Source of the DNA: Candidatus Omnitrophota bacterium
GTDB lineage: Bacteria; Omnitrophota; Gorgyraeia; Velamenicoccales; JABMQK01
Reading direction: 5' to 3'
DNA length: 64,000 bases
NCBI GenBank assembly: GCA_028711115.1
Contig: JAQTSV010000001.1
Location: forward strand, 1,240,928-1,304,927
The translations under genes and the position numbers were made by a program. The notes below the pieces were generated by a model. It saw only the letters and a program-made list of their open reading frames with translations. It ran no database searches and was not told where the DNA came from. Positions 57,990 to 64,000 of the stretch are shown here, one piece after another; the first letter of the stretch is position 1, and each line of letters starts with the position of its first letter.

Positions 57990-58018
57990 AGTATAGGCAG
58001 TTTTCTTATTTTTGTCAA
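57990..58018 (-). promoter_or_regulatory. Sigma70-type promoter of the dcw/mra operon
   Basis: The minus strand reads TTGACA (58018-58013), exactly 17 nt of spacer, then TATACT (57995-57990). The repeats above start about 8 nt downstream of the -10. Confidence 0.6.
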
Positions 58019-58095
58019 GGCAAAATTTAGATTAAATCTAACAAATACAATAAGTTGTGTTAAGAAACTGAAAAGGATGGATATATTGTGGTAGG

Positions 58096-59019
58096 TTAAA
58101 CAGAAAAGAAAGATTTAGCCTGCTGTATATCTTGATTTATTTGCTCTATAAGAGATGATCTTTTCTTAAACTTCTTTTCACTGCGTAGCTTTTTTAAGAA
58201 AACGATCCTAAGGTCTTTGAAATATATGTTTTTTTTAAAATTCAATAGATGTATCTCTATAATCTCTTTATTTTCCTTTTTAAAAGTAGGACGTAACCCT
58301 ATATTAGCTAGGCCCGGTAACTTCTTGTTGGCTAACCACGCCTCTACAAGATATACGCCTCGAGGCGGAATTACTTCATGGTGCGGGTCTATATTGGCTG
58401 TGGGAAATCCTAATTTCCTACCACGGCTATCTCCACCGACTACTGTACCAACAACCTCTACCCTTCTGCCTAATAAATCAGAAGCTTTCTCTAAATCGCC
58501 GCGCCTTATTAATAAACGTATCAAAGTACTGCTTATTACCTTGCCTTTAAACATTAAGTCTTTTTGAAAATAGACTTTAAAATTAAATTCTCTAGCTAAT
58601 GCCTTAAGCAAAGCTGCCTTGCCCATCTTATTCTTTCCAAAGATAAAATTCCTGCTTGCCACTAAATATTCCATGTGACATTTTCTAATTAAAATATCTG
58701 ATATAAAATTCTTTGCGCTGATTTTCCTAAAAGAAGAATTAAATCTCGCTATAACGCATACGTCTACACCCAAACAACTGAGTATACTGATGCGATGTTT
58801 TAACGATATAAGTAACGGTGATTTCTTTCTTGATTTAACTATGGAATCCGGATGAGGGGAAAACGTTAAAATTACGCTTAGAAGTTTCCTTTTTTTTGCA
58901 AGAGAAACAGTCTTCTTTATAATAGCTTGATGCCCACGGTGTAACCCATCGAAAACACCTACGCTAACACAGCTTGGCTTATTTAATTTAAGACGGCCAA
59001 TTCCGTATATGACTTTCAT
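58096..59019 (-). CDS. ribF: Bifunctional riboflavin kinase / FMN adenylyltransferase
   Basis: VGVFDGLHRGHQ, then FGFPTANI-like LGFPTANI and a C-terminal riboflavin kinase barrel. Confidence 0.9.
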   Translation of the reverse strand: MKVIYGIGRLKLNKPSCVSVGVFDGLHRGHQAIIKKTVSLAKKRKLLSVILTFSPHPDSIVKSRKKSPLLISLKHRISILSCLGVDVCVIARFNSSFRKISAKNFISDILIRKCHMEYLVASRNFIFGKNKMGKAALLKALAREFNFKVYFQKDLMFKGKVISSTLIRLLIRRGDLEKASDLLGRRVEVVGTVVGGDSRGRKLGFPTANIDPHHEVIPPRGVYLVEAWLANKKLPGLANIGLRPTFKKENKEIIEIHLLNFKKNIYFKDLRIVFLKKLRSEKKFKKRSSLIEQINQDIQQAKSFFSV

Positions 59020-59650
59020 CTAATCGATCTATAGTGATTGCATCTTTAATATTGAAAGGACCTAACAGCGTGCGTCTAATCTTTACAATACAGGCTCCGC
59101 AACCAAGCTGTGCCCCAATATCATGAGCTAATGTGCGGATATATGTACCTTTTGAACAATGCACATAAAAATCTACATAAGGAGAGTGAAAATCACAAAT
59201 TTTTAAGTCGTAGATATTTACTTGGCGTTTTTTGCGCGGAACCTCAATTCCTAACCGAGCCAACTCATATAGTTTTTTTCCGCGATATTTTAATGCAGAA
59301 AACATGGGAGGCACCTGCGTAATCTCTCCCATAAATTCTTTGAATACCTTCTCTATCTCAGAGATAGAAATATTATCCACGCCACAGCGACGCAAGACTT
59401 TGCCTTCGCAATCTCCCGTAGAGGTAGTTAACCCTAATTCTAAAGTAGCTTTGTATACTTTATCAAAAGTAGAGAATTTGGAGAAAAGCTTTGTATCTTT
59501 ACCTAATAACATTATCAGTAATCCCGTCGCTAATGGATCTAAAGTTCCGCAGTGGCCCACCCTCTTTATTTTAAATCTTCTGCGTATCGTCTGGACAATA
59601 TCAAAAGAAGTCATTCCCGCTGGTTTATCTATAATGATAATACCGTTCAT
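58988..59650 (-). CDS. truB: tRNA pseudouridine55 synthase TruB (catalytic domain only, no PUA domain)
   Basis: GIIIIDKPAGMTSFD, VGHCGTLDPLATGLL and KGTYIRTLAHD. It is only 220 aa. Confidence 0.85.
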   Translation of the reverse strand: MNGIIIIDKPAGMTSFDIVQTIRRRFKIKRVGHCGTLDPLATGLLIMLLGKDTKLFSKFSTFDKVYKATLELGLTTSTGDCEGKVLRRCGVDNISISEIEKVFKEFMGEITQVPPMFSALKYRGKKLYELARLGIEVPRKKRQVNIYDLKICDFHSPYVDFYVHCSKGTYIRTLAHDIGAQLGCGACIVKIRRTLLGPFNIKDAITIDRLDESHIRNWPS

Positions 59651-60636
59651 TTTATTTTTGATAGTTTCTTTCTAATAAAGTTTATTATCCTCTTCTCTGC
59701 TTCATCGAGGCTAATATTTCTTAATGTAACTCCACTAGCGGTAGCATGGCCACCACCTCCGAAGTGCTGAGCAATTTCATTTACATCTACTTTGCCCCTG
59801 GATCTTAAATTAACGCGGATATTTTTCTCTGTTCCGCTCTTTTCTCTAAAAAGAATACACACCTCTGTTCCTTTAAGAGAACGTATAGAATTTAAAATAT
59901 TATCCGTCAAATCGATCTGGGGTTTGTATTTATTAATGAGATTTCGCGTTATATTAACCCAAGCTATTCTTCCTGTGGCATCTTTTCTGAGATTAGACAA
60001 TGCACTGTTTATTAATTTTAAATCTGAGAAATTCAAGTTTTCGTAGATATTTCTAAAAATCATAGGCGCAGAAATTCGCCATTTTAAAAGCTGGGAAACT
60101 ACGAAATGTGTCGAAGCCCTGGTATTGGTATAGCGAAAAGAACCTGTATCTGTAACGATGCCTGCATATAAACAAATCGCCATAAACCTATCTAATTTTA
60201 TGTTTAATTCTTTAAACATTAGGAATAACATTTCACAGGCAGAAGAAACTTTAGCATCAACTAAATTTATATCACCAAAGTAAGTATTACTGATATGGTG
60301 GTCTATGTTTAAGATAGGTATATTTTTATCTAAGAGATTTACCACGTTGCCGATTCTGGAAATATCTGAACAATCTAATATAATAGCAGCGTCGTATTTC
60401 TTTATTCTTGGCCGGGTCCTAATATCTTTTACCCCAGGCAGAAATGCATATTCTCTTAAATGGCGGTCGCTATTTACTATATCGCAGTTCTTGCCTATAG
60501 CTCTTATTGCCCGTGCAAAAGCCAGTTGAGCACCCAAAGAATCTCCTTCCGGGCTTGTGTGTGCAGAAATTAAAAAATTCCTGTGTTTTCTTAGAAAATC
60601 TTTTATTTTATTTTTTTCTAATCTACTTATTTTCAT
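59647..60636 (-). CDS. DHH/DHHA1 phosphoesterase (NrnA-like)
   Basis: HTSPEGDSLG, IDHHISN and a C-terminal FGGGGHATASG. Confidence 0.8.
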   Translation of the reverse strand: MKISRLEKNKIKDFLRKHRNFLISAHTSPEGDSLGAQLAFARAIRAIGKNCDIVNSDRHLREYAFLPGVKDIRTRPRIKKYDAAIILDCSDISRIGNVVNLLDKNIPILNIDHHISNTYFGDINLVDAKVSSACEMLFLMFKELNIKLDRFMAICLYAGIVTDTGSFRYTNTRASTHFVVSQLLKWRISAPMIFRNIYENLNFSDLKLINSALSNLRKDATGRIAWVNITRNLINKYKPQIDLTDNILNSIRSLKGTEVCILFREKSGTEKNIRVNLRSRGKVDVNEIAQHFGGGGHATASGVTLRNISLDEAEKRIINFIRKKLSKIK

Positions 60637-60967
60637 TGTTCAACTCGTCAATCTTCTTAGCAATATATACGCTATATTCAGCAGAATTATCTTCTTTAAA
60701 CATTATCTCGGGAGTAAATCTTAATTTAAGACGCTGCGCCAAAAGTCTTCTTATATAACCCTTGGCCCTCTCCAGTGCCAAGAATGTGGATTTATCCTGT
60801 TTTTGTTTTCCCAATACACTCACATATATCTTTGCATGCCTTAAATCCTGGCTTATCTCGGCTCTGGTCACAGTGGCAAAACCAATACAAGGGTCTTTTA
60901 ATTCATCGTGAATGATAGAACTTACCTCCTGCTTAATCGCTTCCTGCACTCTTTCTTTTCTAGACAT
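60623..60967 (-). CDS. rbfA: Ribosome-binding factor A
   Basis: RKERVQEAIKQEVSSII..., VTRAEISQDLRHAKIYVS, and a 114-aa length. Confidence 0.85.
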   Translation of the reverse strand: MSRKERVQEAIKQEVSSIIHDELKDPCIGFATVTRAEISQDLRHAKIYVSVLGKQKQDKSTFLALERAKGYIRRLLAQRLKLRFTPEIMFKEDNSAEYSVYIAKKIDELNNENK

Positions 60968-60968
60968 T

Positions 60969-61250
60969 TTAAATCAGCTCCATTTCGTAATCTAACAGTT
61001 GAATATCTTTATTCTGTTCTACGTAATTTATAATGTTGGAAATTGAAGAATTCACTGTTGTCTTCTCTTTTCCTATAGTCGCAAAAGCCAAAGTCGACTT
61101 CTGCCATTTATCCTGATCATCTAATTCTATAATCGAAATGTTAAAATTGCTTCTCAATTTACTCTTCAGGGAACGCAAAACCATTCTTTTTTCTTTCAAA
61201 TTGCTGCTAGCTGAAATAAATATTATTAACTTTGCTATCCCGATAATCAT
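60969..61250 (-). CDS. DUF503 (YlxP-like) protein
   Basis: 93 aa, immediately upstream of rbfA as in many bacteria. Contains the SLKEKR pattern. Confidence 0.6.
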   Translation of the reverse strand: MIIGIAKLIIFISASSNLKEKRMVLRSLKSKLRSNFNISIIELDDQDKWQKSTLAFATIGKEKTTVNSSISNIINYVEQNKDIQLLDYEMELI

Positions 61251-62539
61251 TTTTTATTTATAATCTTTTTTACAAAACCCAGTTCCTCTTCTCGGTTATG
61301 TATCTTGCCGTTTATTTTTGCCCGTAAAACCACCTGGAATAATTTTTTAAATTTAGGCCCGGGTTTTATGCCCAGCGATAATAAATCTCCTCCTGTTATG
61401 GTGAGTTTTTTGTGATGGTGTTTCACAAAGAAATCCTGAATTCTTTGTTTTGTCCTCTGCCTTTTAGATAAGGCGAGCGTAAGCAGGATAACTTCGTAAC
61501 TTAACGGAGAAAGAATGCTATGTAATCCTGCAGCTGATAGTTTTTTCTTCGACAAGTTCTTATCTATTTTCCTGAATTCCTTGTTGAAAGAAATAATTCT
61601 CTTGGTGTCACCGCAACAAAAAGCATATTTACCTAAGATTCGCTGTAAAAATCTCAGTTTGATAGGCGATAAAAAAAACATAAGATACATAAGCCAGATA
61701 TCCAAAGGCCTTCTCTGGGGAAAACTATGCTGAAACCGAACACAGGCTTTATTTAAATTAAAAAATACTTTTTTACAGTCTCTGTTTAACTTAATATGCC
61801 TATCGATAAAAGTGAGATTATATATTTGCTTCAGACGCCTTAATACTTTATAGGGGTTTTTTTCCTTAAATACGAGAATCAACTCATCTCTGATGCGATG
61901 TTTCTGCACTTTTTCCAACATACCGAGATTCCTTGCTTGTTTAATCAGGCGAAGCGTATCTTTATCGATATGAAATCCTAACCGCTGCTCAAATCTTACT
62001 GCCCTGATTATGCGGGTGGGATCGTCTATAAAACTCTCCTCGTGTAAACAACGAATGCGGCCATCCTTTAAATCCTTTAAACCGTTGAATCTATCCACCA
62101 ATCGCCCAAATTTTTCAAAATCAATATGACAGGCCATGGCGTTTATGGAGAAATCGCGTCTGAACAAATCGTCCTCAATGCCACCTTCGTTAACCACCGG
62201 CAATGCTGCCGGGGCAGGATAAAATTCTTTACGTGAAGTCGCTATGTCTATCTTTGAGCCATTTTTCTTTGTAATTGTGGCTGTACCGAAGGCTTTATGT
62301 TTTACAACCGTACCATCAAGTATCCGTGAAAGTTTATATGCAAATTCTATCCCGTCTTTTTCTACCACAATATCCAAATCAAAATTATCTACCCCTAATA
62401 ATAAATCCCTGACAAAACCACCGACCAAATAAACGCCTATTTTTTCTATCCTGGCTAGATTCCGAGACAGGAAAATAATATGTTGCAGCTCTAAAGGCAA
62501 ACTATTTAACCGTTTGATAAGCAAACCTTTTTGTATCAT
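61247..62539 (-). CDS. tRNA nucleotidyltransferase / poly(A) polymerase family protein (CCA-adding-like)
   Basis: Head domain VGGFVRDLLLG...DLDIVV, RRDFSINAM and DPTRIIRAVRF. Confidence 0.75.
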   Translation of the reverse strand: MIQKGLLIKRLNSLPLELQHIIFLSRNLARIEKIGVYLVGGFVRDLLLGVDNFDLDIVVEKDGIEFAYKLSRILDGTVVKHKAFGTATITKKNGSKIDIATSRKEFYPAPAALPVVNEGGIEDDLFRRDFSINAMACHIDFEKFGRLVDRFNGLKDLKDGRIRCLHEESFIDDPTRIIRAVRFEQRLGFHIDKDTLRLIKQARNLGMLEKVQKHRIRDELILVFKEKNPYKVLRRLKQIYNLTFIDRHIKLNRDCKKVFFNLNKACVRFQHSFPQRRPLDIWLMYLMFFLSPIKLRFLQRILGKYAFCCGDTKRIISFNKEFRKIDKNLSKKKLSAAGLHSILSPLSYEVILLTLALSKRQRTKQRIQDFFVKHHHKKLTITGGDLLSLGIKPGPKFKKLFQVVLRAKINGKIHNREEELGFVKKIINKK

Positions 62540-62541
62540 GT

Positions 62542-63429
62542 TTATGGCCTGGGATGAAATGTCCTATGTATGGTTTTTAATCTGTCGCGATTTATATGTG
62601 TATAAATCTGAGTGGTGGAAATATTTGAATGCCCCAGCATCTCCTGGACAGAACGTAAATCCGCGCCTCTCTCCAATAAATGGGTAGCAAATGAATGCCG
62701 CAAGATGTGCGGCCTTATAGGATTTTTTATGCGAGCCTCCCTGGCATAGGCCTTTATCAGCTTCCATATATAAACACGTGAAATCTGCGAACCCGAATGA
62801 TTCAAAAACAGGAATTTACTTATTTTCTTTTTAAGAAATTTTGACCGCGAATTATCAAGATATCTTCTTATGGAGGCAATTGCAACTTTGCCTATAGGCA
62901 CTACCCTTTCTTTTTTACCTTTACCCAGACAACGGATAAAACCAGCGTCCAAATTAACGTCTTCAACTTTTAAACCGGTCAGTTCCGAGACACGAAGACC
63001 AGCGGCATAAAGTGTCTCCAATATCGCCTTATCCCTCATGCCTTTGCGATCTTTTATATCCGGGCTAGTAAGTAATCTTTCTATTTCCGCAAAAGATAAA
63101 GCGTTGGGAATCTTTTTCCAAAGCTTGGGAGAATCAATAACATCAGTAGGATCTTTCAGTGCCAACTTCTCTCTCAATAAAAAACGATGGAATAACCTTA
63201 TGGCGACCAAAGAACGCGCAATCGTACCAGATGCCAATTCCTTTTCTTTTTGATACACCAGATAGGAACGGATATCTTCTTTGTCGATTTTATTTGCATC
63301 ATTTATACTGATAGACCTGAGGAACCTGTCATATCTCAGCAGATCTCTCTTATAAGAAACAATCGTATTTTGGGAAAGCCCTCTTTCCACTGAAAGGTAA
63401 TTTAAGAATATATCTATTAAATCGCGCAT
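62542..63429 (-). CDS. Tyrosine site-specific recombinase XerC/XerD
   Basis: N-terminal SAM-like domain (FLNYLSVERGLSQNTIVSY). Catalytic residues in GLRVSEL, HILRHSFATHLL, LGHSNISTTQIYTH. Confidence 0.8.
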   Translation of the reverse strand: MRDLIDIFLNYLSVERGLSQNTIVSYKRDLLRYDRFLRSISINDANKIDKEDIRSYLVYQKEKELASGTIARSLVAIRLFHRFLLREKLALKDPTDVIDSPKLWKKIPNALSFAEIERLLTSPDIKDRKGMRDKAILETLYAAGLRVSELTGLKVEDVNLDAGFIRCLGKGKKERVVPIGKVAIASIRRYLDNSRSKFLKKKISKFLFLNHSGSQISRVYIWKLIKAYAREARIKNPIRPHILRHSFATHLLERGADLRSVQEMLGHSNISTTQIYTHINRDRLKTIHRTFHPRP

Positions 63430-63435
63430 TTAAAT

Positions 63436-64000
63436 TTAGAAATTAGCCCTTTCCCTGCCAATTGTAGAAGGTTCGCCGTGTCCGGGATAAATCTTCACAT
63501 TATCATTTAAACAAAGCAACTTTTCTTCAATAGAAGACATAATTGCCTTATTTGAGCCATCGGGCAAATCTGTCCTGCCTATGCCGTCTCTAAATAATGT
63601 ATCTCCCGTAAAGACAACTCCATCTATTTTAATACAAATTCCTCCCGGGCTGTGGCCGGGAGTATGTAAAATTTCCATTTCTAATTCGCCGAGCTTTATT
63701 TTATCCCCATCGCGAAGTACTTTGGCAGGTTTGCAAGCCTCAAAATCTCCCAAAAGATAAGTTGAAAAATTCCTGCGGGGATTTTCCAAAGCCGCCGCAT
63801 CTAATTCATGTATATACACAGGAAAACCCAGCGCACAATCTGCCTTGATATGATCGATATGCGAATGGGTATTGATAATAAAATGAATTTTTAATTTATT
63901 GTTATCTATGAGTTTCTTTATTTTATCGGCTTCGTCTCCGGGATCAATGATAAAAGCATCCTTTTTATCGGAAGAAACTATATAACAATTAGCCTGTAAA
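63436..64000 (-). CDS. MBL-fold metallo-hydrolase (glyoxalase II-like); N-terminus beyond the window
   Basis: The track lists 63436-63819 from a GTG. My upstream translation continues in frame as ...LQANCYIVSSDKKDAFIIDPGDEADKIKKLIDNNKLKIHFIINTHSHIDHIKADCALGFPVYIHELD (HxHxDH motif), with TPGHSPG downstream. Confidence 0.8.
   Translation of the reverse strand, partial: LQANCYIVSSDKKDAFIIDPGDEADKIKKLIDNNKLKIHFIINTHSHIDHIKADCALGFPVYIHELDAAALENPRRNFSTYLLGDFEACKPAKVLRDGDKIKLGELEMEILHTPGHSPGGICIKIDGVVFTGDTLFRDGIGRTDLPDGSNKAIMSSIEEKLLCLNDNVKIYPGHGEPSTIGRERANF

Noticed and set aside
62542-63429. A tyrosine recombinase considered as the integrase of a mobile element.
   Set aside because: It has a XerC/XerD-like sequence and length. 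It is embedded among housekeeping genes with tight spacing, with no flanking repeats, tRNA or cargo genes visible.
1-64000. A search for CRISPR arrays, tRNA/rRNA genes, transposases or IS inverted repeats.
   Set aside because: The intergenic spacers are short (210 nt or less). None shows regularly spaced direct repeats, tRNA-like T-arm sequences (GTTCGAATC-type) or transposase ORFs. A by-eye scan cannot exclude small ncRNAs.

Overview
This is a 64 kb, low-GC bacterial window. Every credible CDS I can support (about 66) lies on the minus strand, and I saw no rRNA, tRNA, CRISPR array or transposase. Most of the window is housekeeping. In coordinate order: two tandem GspE/PilB-type ATPases, a stand-alone T2SSE_N domain protein and a degenerate GGDEF protein (1-4667); a radical SAM gene; rodA-mrdA-mreDCB; tatCA; miaB; feoAB; an ABC-2 exporter; an ArnT-like/NodB pair; assorted transporters; aroA; rluD-lgt-lspA-dksA-ileS; mtnP; proC-yggS; a full dcw cluster (mraZ to ftsA, 41.1-58.0 kb); then ribF-truB-nrnA-like-rbfA-DUF503-CCA enzyme-xerC/D-MBL hydrolase. 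The clearest accessory segment is 14.78-17.25 kb. It is an AT-richer three-gene cassette encoding a 4-TM protein and two unrelated proteins that each carry an Rx4H (HEPN-type) motif, and it is bracketed by GC-rich structured elements. I flag it as a candidate uncharacterised defence or abortive-infection system. Other points of interest: a probable c-di-GMP receptor module next to the pilus ATPases; a 15-bp hairpin that sequesters the miaB Shine-Dalgarno; a textbook sigma70 promoter plus three 10-bp-phased MraZ-box-like repeats upstream of mraZ; no ftsZ at its canonical slot after ftsA; and a secreted HExxH peptidase inserted between murG and murC. All calls rest on reading the supplied translations and the DNA by eye. 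No searches were run.
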